DNA of 64,000 bases from Lytechinus pictus (taxonomy: Eukaryota). The stretch lies in contig NC_087252.1 of the NCBI RefSeq assembly GCF_037042905.1, positions 25,732,001-25,796,000 of the forward strand. Reading direction: 5' to 3'. This document shows positions 39,343-52,035 of this stretch, in pieces. Positions within the stretch are counted from its first letter, which is position 1, and each line of letters starts with the position of its first letter. The notes under the pieces were generated by a model. It was not told the DNA's origin. It worked only from the letters and a program-made list of their open reading frames with translations, and ran no database searches. Made by a program: the position numbers and the translations under genes.

Positions 39343-39965
39343 CAGACGTCATTTCGGAGGGAAGACCACGGATAAGACCCGGCAGCAATTTATTTTTGTA
39401 CAGTTCAGGGTGCATGCTATCCAGCTCTAGGGTCATTTGCGTGTCCGGCTTTCGGTTGAATAAATCTCCTATGCTGCCGGACTATTGCTGGTTTATCCTT
39501 AATCAAATTGAATGTTTTATCTCCTTTTTGCTCCTTTATTATCGTTGAGCATGGGTGGGCATATCCCCGGTGCAGGGATCTTTGATCGGACGGGGGTCTA
39601 TTCTTACTTGAGCCCCCCCCCCCCCCCTTGTCGTCCCTTCCGCTCATTACTACTGACCATTGATTGATATTTTAAGGGACTCTCACTGCATATTCTTTGG
39701 AGCCTTCAACCAACAAGCTTTGCTTTTACTTTTGGCTTCCTCATATCCAAATCTCTCATTTTCTTTCTCTGTCATTATTTTAGAACCAATTACAAGAATG
39801 CTTTCTAGTACTTTTTTCTATTGTTGTATTATGTATACATTTCAGATTTTACGATATTTATTTATGCTTATCTATGAAAATTTGTATTTAATAATATTAT
39901 TGTTATAAATAAACAAATTCTAACGAAGTAAATAGATAATGTATCATATTCATGATAGGCCAAGC

Positions 39966-40225
39966 AATAATCATGATAATAACGCAGTTCTTGTATAGCG
40001 CATGTCACATTATGTCATAGCGTCCATATGCGCTTCCAAAGGACTTGGATATAATTAACCTAGCTTTAGCCCAGCAGCCTTTTACGGCGCAGAAGCATTT
40101 GAATGAATAATTCCCGCAATGTACACATTCACCTCACTCACCTAGGGTTAATGAAATTATGCCATGGTTGGGATTCGAACCCACGACTCTGTGTTCCAAA
40201 GTCAGAAAACTTATGCACTAGTTGG
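39966..40225 (-). mobile_element. tRNA-derived SINE, degenerate
   Basis: Minus-strand B box GGGTTCGAATCCC at ~40170-40182 within a tRNA-like head; LINE-like tail ...gcgctatacaagaactgcg followed by (tta)-type repeats. Confidence 0.65.
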
Positions 40226-40439
40226 GCCAAATTTCTCTACATATATAAATCTTTATATTTTTGTATTGTTCTTTAACGTCCACTGATATTACTAGTAGGG
40301 AATTCGTAGATATACACATATATGTTATAAATGTTAATAACAATTAAAAATGATCCCTGGTTGTATAACATTACCAAATCCAGAGGGACCAAATAAGTTA
40401 AATAATGCACTGGTCATGTCTTGCGTTGACTTTTCAACA

Positions 40440-40830
40440 GTCTTCTACACGGTCTTCATGATCCACAAATCGTCAAACTGCAAACAGTACCAAATTCAGC
40501 CGCTATATTTTTTTGCTAACCGTCGCTTACGTGAGTCCGTCACTACACTCCTGGAAACGAATTGATTTTAATATCATCTTGCTGACCTTCCAGTCTTTCA
40601 CCAATTCCGCTCCAGTCTATTTTCAAAAGTTAATATCAGTGCATCCTCCCGCAACTTGCTCTCAAGTAACAAATCACTCTAGTTCCTGCCACTAATAACC
40701 GATATTATGCTTCAAAGCCTTTTTATTCAGCATCCCCCAACTCTGGAACAATCTACTTCAAAGTATAAAACGAGCAGATTCAACAGACAAATTCAAATCC
40801 ATGTTAAAGTCCACTTTTGTCTTAAATAGC
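40440..40830 (+). pseudogene. L2-clade LINE ORF2 C-terminal remnant
   Basis: RIDFNIILLTFQSFTNSAPVYFQKLI resembles the L2 RIxFKILLLTFKALxGxAPxYL pattern; downstream LWNNL and FKSMLKS motifs; frameshifted. Confidence 0.65.
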
Positions 40831-41124
40831 CCTTTTTCCTTACCGTTTTTGACGCACCCGAGTCTTGATTGTGACTAGTGATTAAAAACAGTTCGCAGCT
40901 AGAGATCTGAAACACAAGCAAGGCATCCCTGTCTCCGAAATTATATTTCGTCTATTGTGATGGTTTGGGGTGACGTAGGATTTGGACAGATTGAAGATGT
41001 TGTCTAGTGAGGTTTAGAGGTGTCTTTGGCCACGTAACAGAATTGGTACCTTGTCTAGGGGTCGGAAAACAAGTCAGTTTTCTTGTTGAGGAAGTTCGTT
41101 TTCGTATTCCGTGGAAAGACTTCC

Positions 41125-41138
41125 TTATGTCCCCTCAA
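41125..41138 (-). CDS. Candidate terminal coding exon (V-E-G-T-stop) of a small membrane-protein gene or pseudogene
   Basis: Acceptor tgtttttaattag at 41151-41139; phase 1 matches the preceding candidate exon; the same frame continues past the stop as GSLSTEYENELPQQEN. Confidence 0.3.
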
Positions 41139-41804
41139 CTAATTAAAAACATGGCAAACGCCAAGCGTTGTCTCGCCTGCATATTGCAGTCATAAAGAGA
41201 CTGCATGTCAAAACTATGCTATATGACTTCTGAGTTTGTCAGCAGTTTAGGGGGTGAATTATGGTTCTGACAGTTTACATATGCATTAATGGTATAGGCC
41301 TACTTTATCCCTAGAACATCAGATAACACAAAGAATGCTGTTCATACTATGAAGCTATAATTATTTCCATGCAAGTAAGGAAATGAAAAAAATAGTGAAA
41401 AAGAATGTAATTGATAATAATGTGAGTAAAATTGTAAAATTAAATTAATTATTAAGGTGTAATGAAATGCCAATCTTTAGCATTATGTTGGATGATGGTA
41501 GGGGCATAAATTTTCTCAATTTGTTTTGTACAGTCTAAAGTATTACCAGAACATGCACATACAGCAAATCTGAAGGGTAACATTTGAGAAACTTTGACAG
41601 CTTTTTTATTGTACCATTGGCAAATTTTTGTGAATATTATAAATGGTGCCAAGAACTATAGCTCATTAAATAGATAACAACAACAGCTTTAAAGAATAAA
41701 AAAGTAAAATACAAAATCTGGTTCAGGTATAGAGAGTACTGAGTTCTGAAGTAAAATGTTAGTGTTAAAAAGTATAAAATTATAAAGTTCATGTCATTAG
41801 AGGA

Positions 41805-42362
41805 ACAAAGTAGTGTGAAAGTTCATTGACCTTTGACCTTAATCAAATTCAACTCACATTCGAACTTGACCTGCACCTTCAAGAGATGGACCTCTTGTAT
41901 GAATCTGGCAATCCTACCTCGAAGATATAGAAAGTTATTGTGTGTACAGCACAGCACAGTGCCAGTCATGGAAAAGTAATTGACCTCTGACCTTTGACCT
42001 TATTCAAATTCGGCTCACATTTGAACTTGACTTGTGCATTCAGGAGATGGACCTCTGGTATGAATTTGGTGATCCCACCTCGAAGATATAGAAAGTTATT
42101 TTGTGTACAACATAGCACAGTGCCAGTCATGGAAAGTTCATTGACCTTTGACCTTTGACCTTATTTAAATTCGACTCATATTCGAACTTGACTTGTGCCT
42201 TCTGGAGATGGACCTCTGGTATGAATTTGGTGATCCCACCTCGAAGCTATAGAAAGTTATTGGGTGTACAACACAATTGTTGACTACGACGACGACGCCG
42301 ACGCCTCCGACACCGGAAATAGTGATACCTATCTCTCGCTCCGCTACGCAGGCGAGACAAAA
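41805..42362. mobile_element. Helentron/HINE-like element with a ~161-bp internal tandem repeat
   Basis: cctcgaag.tatagaaagttat recurs at 161-bp spacing; (gac/gcc)n microsatellite; terminal hairpin tctcgc...gcgagac then an A run. Confidence 0.65.
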
Positions 42363-42765
42363 ACAAATACTTCTCCAAAACCCACTTCTTTCGTTCTCTT
42401 TTTCTTTCTTTTTTTTTCTTCTTACTTCCAGTTGGAACTTGGATTCGAAGCTCTCGCTGCAGAACGAGGCATCTCCAGTCTGTCGCCTTACTCACTGAGC
42501 TAGCAGGAATTGTTGAAAGTCATGGGTTTCATAATGGTTATCAACCGATATTACGTTAGTCTACTCTCCAAGATCATTTGGTATCTATTTTTCTGACTGA
42601 ATAATCCGATGCCATTCGGAATTACACACACTCGAGATTTTGACGGAATAAAGCCTTATTTTGCTGAGTATCCAGCTTTTCCTTACTAAATATGTTAGAT
42701 AATTCTTGATAAACCTTCTCCACATTTTTTTTTCAATTTTAGTGGAGGGGAAAATGGGGACTATC

Positions 42766-44557
42766 CAGGCTTATTATATTCACTCGCGTTCGTAATCACT
42801 CGCGTCGGGTTGGTAATCACACGCGTTTTTTATTTTTGGCGAATTTTTTTTTTTCGGTGCGATTTTTTTTCTAACGGTGTCTTCAATGGGACAAACGTAC
42901 TGGAAAAATAAAATGAAATTGAAATTCGAGTTTCGTTTTATTTTAAGCTGGTAAGTGCCTTAAATAAAACGTTCTCGACCACTGTTTTAAGATAACAAGC
43001 AAATTTTGACTACTGTTTTAACATAATCACATTCCACATCTTAAATCTTAGAGCCATAGGCGGCGGAAGCGGGGGGGGGGCTCCCCCTAAAAAAAGAGAG
43101 AGGGGGGAGAAAGGAAGGGAAAGAGGGAGAAAAGAGAAAGAAAAAAAAAGACAGACAGAAAGAAAGAAGCAAGGAAAAAAGGAGAAAGAAAGGAGAAAAG
43201 GAATAAAGAAGAAAAAGGAGGAAAGGCTACTCTCGATTTAGCTTTGCCTTTGGAGGATTTTCCTGAAGTCTGTGGTATTCTTTATAAAGCATAGCGAGGT
43301 GCTACAATTCTTTGTGAATTTCATAATATCACTATTTATTTGCTTCTCCCTTTCTTTGTGAATTATTCTACACTAACGTAAAAATCAGGGAGGAAAAAGT
43401 GCTGAAGAAGAAAAGCAAGAAGGAAGGAGGAGGAGAAGTAGAAGAAGAAAAAAGAAGATGGAGGACATAAGGGGGTAAAAATGAAACTAAAAAGAGAAAA
43501 TTGAGGGGAGGATGTAGAAGAAGAGAAAGAGAAGATAAAATAAGGGGAAGACTGAGAAGAGAAAAGGAAGAAGTGAGAAGGGAGATGAACAATAAGGAGA
43601 AAGGGAAGAAATTGAGAAGTAGAAGAACAGGGAGAAGAATAAGATGACATAATAATGGGAATAAAAAGAAGACTGAGAAGAAAGAGAAGTAGGAGGGGGA
43701 GTAAAGTGCACTCTGGTTATAAAGAAGTCCGAGGGACCAACAAAATTGTTCCTTTATACAAATAATTGTGTGTGTGTGTGATATAAGTTTTTTTTATATA
43801 ATGATGGTGCACTGAACAAAATTTAAAAATGGTAAAATAGATTTTCATTAATCTTGCAGGACGTTGCAGGGTGAAAAATATGAAAAAATTTGGGGGTTAT
43901 CAAGGACAAGAAATCTACACTGTTTTGTAATTTGTATTGTAATGTATTTACAAGTGTATATTTGTTGTTGATCACAATGTTTTATTTATGTTTATGTATC
44001 CAGCCTACTGTGACTCCCTGAAGCCATGTCTTCTGTTTTCCAATCCATTATTTCTGACTCAATCTGAGTTACCTCGTGCTTGGAGTTGTTTAAGGGGCCT
44101 GGATAAATGACGTAGCCGACAACTTCTGTTTTCAGGAAGGCGCGGGCGCGGTACGGTACCTTGGCTTTGATCGTCGCGCGAATTTTTACCGTGAGAGCGC
44201 GCACAGCCACAGGGGCGGATCTTGACCAAAAGCTTCGGTCTTTGTGTCTATTAATTATTATGTTGGTTGTTCCGCTGAACTCCGTTGGCTCCACTCACCA
44301 AATACAGAGAAATTTAAAAAAAAAATAAAAATGTTTGAAAAAAACTCCTCGAAACAGACTGCTGCCAGCTGTCTGGGGCGGATCAAGCTTGTTTTCTATT
44401 CTTTAATTGCCGGCTTAAAACGAAACTCAAATTTCCCTGCATGTCTGTCCCATTGAAGACACCGTTAAAAAAAATCGCACCGAAATAAAAAAAATAGCCA
44501 AAAATTCAAAACGCGAGTGATTACGAACCAGAACGCGACGCGAGTGATTATAAACTG
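42766..44557. mobile_element. hAT-like non-autonomous element with long imperfect TIRs
   Basis: CAG...CTG ends; ~180-bp inverted similarity (aacggtgtcttcaatgggaca / tgtcccattgaagacaccgtt); flanks ggactatc and ccactatc match at 6 of 8 positions. Confidence 0.65.
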
Positions 44558-45000
44558 CCACTATCCATACCCGAAGAGGCCAGGATAATGACTGAATGCT
44601 GAATGGTCGTCAACAACAAAGGAAAAGGTCAGAGATACGGCTTGAAGGAAGTTAGTTCCTCGGAGTGACATGACGTAATGAGTCAGAGGGAATACCGGAG
44701 CCTTTCATAAAGAGATATATCTATTGTAAATGTTGGATTATTGTAAATTCAATATGAACCTTGATTGTGATTGGCTGCTGAGACCTATTGCCATGGTAGT
44801 TACCATAATTGCAAAGTTACAACAACGATAACTCTTTATGAAACGGGCCCCAGTGTATGTACGTGGAAAATACATGAGTAATGAAAAGAGGCCTGACTGG
44901 CTTTAATTTTCACGTTCATGAAGAACTTTAAAAGGGTCATATTCATCACGATTACTATGGGGTATTTCTTCAATGTCCGATATTTCATTAATTAACTTAC

Positions 45001-45078
45001 CACCAATCGTTGGCTCCTTGATCATTGGAACGCTTTCGGGGATTTCTCCTACAGTCAGAGTACCACACATTGAGGAAC
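45001..45078 (-). CDS. Candidate internal exon (phase 1-1), (G)SSMCGTLTVGEIPESVPMIKEPTIG
   Basis: Acceptor cttttttttacctcaag-like pyrimidine tract ending aag, donor GGTG|gtaagt, 78 nt, open frame in phase with the upstream exon. Confidence 0.5.
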
Positions 45079-45533
45079 CTTGAGGTAAAAAAAGATATCA
45101 CATTTTCATAAGGCGGTAAGACAAAATAACATGATCTCACACCAATTTATTTATCATGTTTTGGATTCTTTACTCACCATAATTTCCAGAAACAAAGTGC
45201 ATTAAAAGAGACATGTGTGCTAATGAAACTGACAACCAGAGTACAACTTGGGGCAGGAAATTAATATTTCAACGAAACTAGACAAAATAGTAAACCAGAG
45301 AATTCTGAAAAAAACACAAATAGAAAAGAACATAAAAAATGTACCTGGCGATGTTCACAAAATAATTGTGATTGTTGTTCTTTTGATAAAAACTATTACA
45401 AATTACTAAAATGACAAAGCACGTGGTCCGCCATGTAAAGCATAAAAATATTATATGAACAGAAAATAACACTACCGCACAATAACTCTTTCCTTCACTC
45501 GCCTCATTCCCTCAAGACTGTTACACGTCTCAC

Positions 45534-45536
<3 letters not shown>

Positions 45537-45590
<54 letters not shown>
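45537..45590. repeat. (TA)n microsatellite
   Basis: Perfect TA run of about 54 bp. Confidence 0.95.
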
Positions 45591-45592
<2 letters not shown>

Positions 45593-45830
45593 CAAGGTTC
45601 AGTTAAAATTGATACAGTTTTGTCATACAATTAATAAAAATATTATAACATTTGAAAATGACTACCGGCTAGTCAGCACAACCCATGCCAAATGGGTGTG
45701 CAAGAGTTATAAACAAAGTTCAATATTTACTCACTTTAATAAAAAAATTAATTTTTGTATAATTTAAAAGGCATTAGATTAGGTAAGAGACACTAAGTGT
45801 ATTACAATGATTTTTTTCTCGCGAAATTAC

Positions 45831-45990
45831 CTTTCTTGGTACCGTTGCTTGTGTCCCGATTGGTACGTTTCCACCAAATGAAAGCTCCAAGAGCCCCGAT
45901 CACAAAAAGAACAGTCAGCGGAACCACTGTCAAAATAGATATAGGCATATGAATTAGATTGATTGAAGTGGCTTGATGACACAATATCAT
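45831..45990 (-). CDS. Candidate exon encoding a transmembrane helix and basic stop-transfer sequence (exon may extend to an acceptor at 46067)
   Basis: ISILTVVPLTVLFVIGALGAFIWW-KRTNR; donor AAAG|gtaat in phase 1; acceptor ccctttcag upstream, but 46066-45991 has stops in this frame. Confidence 0.5.
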
Positions 45991-48900
45991 GAATTGCTTC
46001 TGGCCTACTCAAGTTGTGTGCCCTTTCTCCAATTTTCTGTATTATTTCGTTTATGACGTCTCAATCCTGAAAGGGATACTTTAGGCAGAAAATAAAAAGA
46101 CAATAAACAATAAAGACAAATCAGTCAAACATCGAAATATTGTTTATGACATTCTAAAGAGTTGCATTATTTCAGAAAAAAAACTAATGTACTTGTCTTC
46201 ATGAATATTCAATGAGCAAATTGATGATGTCATCCTGACTTATTCTGAGGTACTTTATTACATGAAATTTTGTTTATTCAAAATTTGTCCTCTAAGAAAT
46301 AAAAACTGGATTGAAAAATGATTTAATGCACTAGATATTCATTGCTGCGACCTTATCATAAGGGAGACATATAAAAAAACACATGTTTGAAAATGTGAAA
46401 TGATTATGATATTCATTGCTGCGACTTTATTGTAAGGGATACATAACAAAACAATTAATGACGATATGCATCAGTAAATATCTTTACAAAATATCGAGAT
46501 AGACATTAAATGTCAATAATTTTTCTGTTTGTTATGAGAGTTTCATGATATTATCAGAATTTTGTTTGGTGAATTTTACTTTATTTATTTATATAGATAT
46601 TATTATTTCAGTTCGTATCATATCGATAAGCAATAACAAAATATAAGCATATCATTTTATCCATATTTCCAGTAAATAATCATACATTCAGACATTGTCC
46701 CCCATTTGCCGAAAGGACTACCACCCCCCCCCCCCCAAAAAAAAAATGTTGGCTTGAATAAAAAGAGAAAATCGAACAAGCGTAACACTGAAAATTTCAT
46801 CAAACTCGGATGTTATTTCGTTCAATATCACAAATACTTTATATCCATTCTGGTCGGCATGCAAATGAGGAGACCGATGACATCATCAACACAATATTTT
46901 TTTTGTATTCTAATTTTCTCCTCATTGACATATATGAAACATAGTCTTATTCCTCAGTGAACGTGTGTAATAATTGTTTCAACATTTTTTTGGTTTAATC
47001 AAGAGAAACCTTATAGCCAAAACTGTAAACTGAAATACTGTGTAATTCAAACAATAATAAAAAAAAAATAGTCAGTGGGGGGCATTATCGACTCTCTCAT
47101 TTGCTTATCAGTTTTTTTCAGTTTTCAGTTTGGTTTACTTTCATTTCAACTCAGGTAAATTCAACAGTAAAGGAAATCATTACAAAGATATAAATGAATA
47201 TACAATATATATACAGTATGACATAGATAACTAAATATTTACAATAGACACTTAACAATACGATAATCATATTAATAATGATATTTACAATGAACTACAT
47301 AATCATGATAATAACTGTAGAATATTCATTAAAAAAAATTGCATATAACCTCTTTTATTCATCTTCAATGTTGAAAAATGGAGGGATCCACTAAAAAAAC
47401 AGGGCTTGTTGAGTGTGGATAAGTATAGATGCAAGAACGAGAAAAAAAAATCAAAAAAAAGAAAGAAAACGTCTATATGCTATTGTGATGTGATGGGCGA
47501 TTAAGTGAAAAGAAATGTAACCGAGAAGAAAGACTGGTGCACCTATGGATGAAAGAGAAAGAAAGAGAGAAAAATAAGGGTGATGGCAGATGAAAGGGAA
47601 GGACAAAGAGGGTGGAAGAGAGAGACAAGTAGTCCGGTGTGGTAGAAAATTTAGACCGGGGCCCGCCAGTCCAAAACGGCTAGTATATTTTGGCTGCCAG
47701 ATTCAAAAGACTGGTTGGAATTTTTGCCGATACGAACGGAAAACCGCCGTTTGGTTCCATATTCGTCAGAAGGTTCGAATGTGGTAAATATATTATAAAA
47801 ATATCTGCTTTGGTGAAATGTTTGAATATATATTTTGGTGTGATTTTTTATGTAATTTCATCACAATTATTTATATAATTCGGTCTAAAATTAAAAATGT
47901 TGGTCTAGGTAGATCAAGATAAAAGGTAATTCAGCCTCGTACGTTACAGACGGTACCCTCGGTACACGATGCGATGTACCGGTACCTTTTTGGCGCAAGT
48001 GCAGCGCTGGACTGGACAGTTGACACGGTTCAGTACTTTACCACGTCTCTTTTTTGGAGTACGGTCTACTCTAACGTTAGTTTTTAAACATTTGTTTTTA
48101 ACGTTTTGATTGTAAACATGGACCGTGATTTTGTTATCCAGTGCGAGGACATCTCGCATTACCTAGGGATGGGGGTTACCGCAAACCCATGTCAGACACT
48201 GCCTTTTTCCCCTGTGTCCCTCTCCCACTTAAAAATTTGCCCCGCCGCTCCTGATTATTTTCCTCCGTCTTCATATTTTATAGATTTAGTAAAATTTTAA
48301 AAGCGTGAGAAATGACTTGCGGACAGAAAGTCGCTGGTGTTTCATACTTCAATGATCAGTGAAATGACAATACAAATCTTGTAGCTTTTTTCTTGTGTCA
48401 AGCTTTGATCGAAAGCTTGGTGCAATTAAAGTGATATTTGCCACCTTTCGCAATCCTCACGGACGCTAATATTAGGGTCCCCTAACACAAAAGTTAACGC
48501 TTAATCATACACTTGATTTTTAAGATTGATTGTACATTATAGTCAATAGAATCAAACGTAGAAAACTGCTCTACAATCAATGCTAAGCTTTGTGTTACAG
48601 GGGGGTTACAAGCCATACAGATCCGCTTTTCGTGTGCAAAATTCTTTCCCGCAACACCCGCACCGTACATGCATGTACATTACGATTGATGGCTGGAGAT
48701 ATTCGAAATGCAGGACCTAAAATAGAATATGACATGGATAAGAAAGTGGTTTTTCAAACAAATCGAGTACATATTGATTGAGGAAAAACTTACTGAATTA
48801 AGGCTTAGTTATAGATCATAACAGTCCATCGAATCGATATTGCATTTAATGTGGATTATTGGTGGATCACTGGCAATTGATTCCATGGGTCAGATCACCT

Positions 48901-49074
48901 CTCCAGCCGAAACCATTTCGCATGCGTTGATATGTACACAGCATATGCCATACGTTTGAACTTACGGGTTTCTTTCTTTGTTTACTCCTTCTACACAAAC
49001 GATACGCCTCTAGCACACGATGCCATGTGCATTATGTTTTACTTTCCCCAGAAATGGGGGATTAGATTCAAATT

Positions 49075-49374
49075 CCAGGGGGACCACTTCCATTGATGTG
49101 TGGATACCAGGCACGACCATGAGGTTTCGAAATGTATCCTAAACAAGGGAAGCAAGTCTTTTCTAGATTATGAAAATGCATCTCTTAACAAGTATTTGGC
49201 TTGTGGAACCCTACAATTATTGGATATATAACCCCTTTTCAGTATTTTAAACATCGTTTTTGACACCCTTATAACGTTGCATAGGCCTATACGTTACGTA
49301 CTTGCCCACTCTGTTCCCCTTTTACGCATGATCGGGCCTGGTATCCACTAATCAATGGAAGTGGGCACCCCGGG
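49075..49374. mobile_element. MITE with CC(A/C)GGGG..CCACTTCCATTGAT TIRs
   Basis: ccacttccattgat..gtggataccagg pairs with cctggtatccac..atcaatggaagtgg. Confidence 0.7.
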
Positions 49375-50781
49375 CGGCCTCTCGAGCTCTAGGAGGAACC
49401 AAATCTGGCTTTGGAAAGTCGTCCTTAATCGGATATATCGCTGTTACCATAGTAGTAACCAGAATTTTGCACACGAAACGCAAATTGAATGTTTCCGTTC
49501 CAGATGCGAAACGAAAAAAATCTGTCACACAAATTGCATTGCAGGACAGAGTTTTACGACCATGACGACGGGCCAAAATTCTCTTCCAAAATCAACTACC
49601 ATCGTAAATAAGCGTTCACGTTCTTCCAACGAAAGGTCGGGACTAAGAAGCTACATAGACGACGGAAGCGGGGGGGGGGGGGGTGGCGAGGGTCCTGTCC
49701 CCCCTAAATTTGAGGTGGTTTTTTTTTTGCTTGTCAATTTCGTTTCCTGCGTAGATCCCTATTGGCAATGCGACAAAGATGTGTGACATCACATGTGAAC
49801 AACTTTCCCATTGCTTTTGTGTTTATTTCACTTAAAATGCCTATTTTATCAAATCTATCAGTAGATCATTAATTCTTTTTATAAGAGGGCTTCCAATACA
49901 GATTTCCAAATAATAAAATACGGATAAAGGGTTTGTATCACCATAAGAAAGAGGGAAAGGTGCCATTTTGGGGAAATTTTATAGTCCATCAAAGGGAAAA
50001 ATGTTCACATGTGACATCACACTTATCTGTCTCATTGCCAATGTGAGTACCTCCATAGTATGCGTGATCGCAATATTCAAATGCTTTCTCATTATTTGTC
50101 CGATTGTTCTCAAACTTTCTTTGATCTTATTCTTAGATTTTTCTCTTTCCACACAGGCCCACTTGCTCCAAAGTTTTCATTCCCCTTTCAGTGCCATTTG
50201 GGTGGATACTTTGTCTGAACTGGAAATCATTTTTTTTTTTTTGGTCCTTCCTTATGCCTCTCCCACGTCAAGCTCCACTTGCATGCAAAACATGTTGCGA
50301 GGGTACGTTTTCTCCACAGTGTCACTGAATACTTTGATCACGAAATGAAAGAAAACCCAGAAGTTTATCTAAATTTTGGATTTTCAAATTGATGATTTTG
50401 AAGATGAAGAGAATGATGATAAACTTTCTAGCTCTAGTGACGTGGATGGAGGTAAGTGAGGGGAATTACGTCTATAATGATGAGTCGGACAATTCAACTT
50501 GCATGCCGATTCGCTACCAACTCATGCAGCTGCTAGTGCTAGCTGCACGTACCGCGGGCCAAAATAAATCCATGAAAATGAATTCCAGCCTGACCATTCA
50601 GACAGAGTCTCTTCCCTCTGTCAATAAAATTACTCTAAAGAAGGAAAATAATGATATAACTGTACTTACAAACAAGTGAATATATCCGAATCTGAAGGCA
50701 AATCAACTCAACGAATAGCAGCAGACGATATGCACCGACGATAAACTTCACATGGTTGGGATAAATTGTCACTCGTTCTGT

Positions 50782-51980
50782 TAGAACAAAGGCCTTCAAC
50801 CGAGTGCCTCATGAGTGTCTCCTTCTTAAACTAAACCACAATGGAGTTCGAGGTCACTTACTCTCATGGATAAAGACTTTCTTAAAGGGCTTATACAGCA
50901 AGTTATATTTGATGGAAAGATGAGCAACACCACTTCTGTCACATCGGGCGTACCCCAAGGTACAGTCCTCGGTCCGCTTCTGTTCTTGATTTACATTAAT
51001 GACCTCCCTGATTGTGTCTCTTCTTCTATCAGGCATATGCTGATGACCCCCTCCTATACAGATCAATAAACTCCCATGATGACAATGAGTTCCTGCACAG
51101 AGATCTAGCCAATGTTCAGGAATGGGAGAGGAAATGGCTCATGTCGTTCAATGCGGACCAGTGTGAGGTGCTGAGGATTTCAAACAAAAGAAATCTCATA
51201 ATTGGAGCATCTCCTTACTCCATCCATGGAACTCCTCTCCGCACCCTTGATGAAGCGAAGTATCTTGGAGTTATACTTCAACGAAACCTTAGTTGGAAAC
51301 CCCATATTAACGCCATCTGTAAAAAGAGTTACAGCACTCTTGGCTTCCTTCGACACAACTTGAGGAAATGCCCAGCTAGCATAAAGGAGAGAGCGTATAA
51401 GACCTACGTTCGTCCAATTGTTGAGTACTCTTCTTCAGTTTGGGACCCTCATACCAAAGAGCTTATCTCTAAGACTGAAATGGTTCAGCGGCGTGCAGTT
51501 ACATTTGTAAACGGTGATTATGACCGACAGAGCAGTGTCACTCAGATGATGAAAGAACTACGGTGACAGTCTCTTCATGAACGACGAGCTCACAACAAAG
51601 TCATCATGATGTACAGAATCGTCAATGGTCTAATCGCCATCCCAGCTGCACCTCCTTTCCTGTATGCTTCGTCTGAACCAACCAGAGGACATTGCTTACA
51701 ATTCAAACAGCAGCATTGTAGAATCCTCTCCTACCAACACAGCTTTTTCCCCAAGTACCATCTGCTTGTGGAATGTCCTGCCTACAACAGTGGTTTTGGC
51801 TCCTTCAGCTGAGTCTTGCAGGAACCACCTGGAACCACTCACCCTCCGTTAGATCTCCAGTTGAGATGCATCTTTTTACTTGCACTATAGTTTAGTTTTG
51901 TTCCACTGCACCAAATGTCATGTGTTTTTGTGATTGCAGCCTCAGCCAAGTACGACTCTGTACTCAACGGAAGAAGAAGA
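50782..51980 (+). pseudogene. 5'-truncated CR1-group LINE (reverse transcriptase ORF2 remnant)
   Basis: [31 protein letters not shown] and YLGV motifs; frameshift near 51035, premature stop at 51564-51566, further frameshift near 51750; (GAA)n tail. Confidence 0.92.
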
Positions 51981-52035
51981 AAATTTCTACCTCATTATTT
52001 TGACAAAATTACGAAACTTGGGGAATTATTTATCT

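Noticed and set aside
43992..44294. 100-aa minus-strand ORF in a GC-richer patch
   Set aside because: Inside the hAT-like element, overlaps a small repeat also seen at ~27730, and has no recognisable motif.
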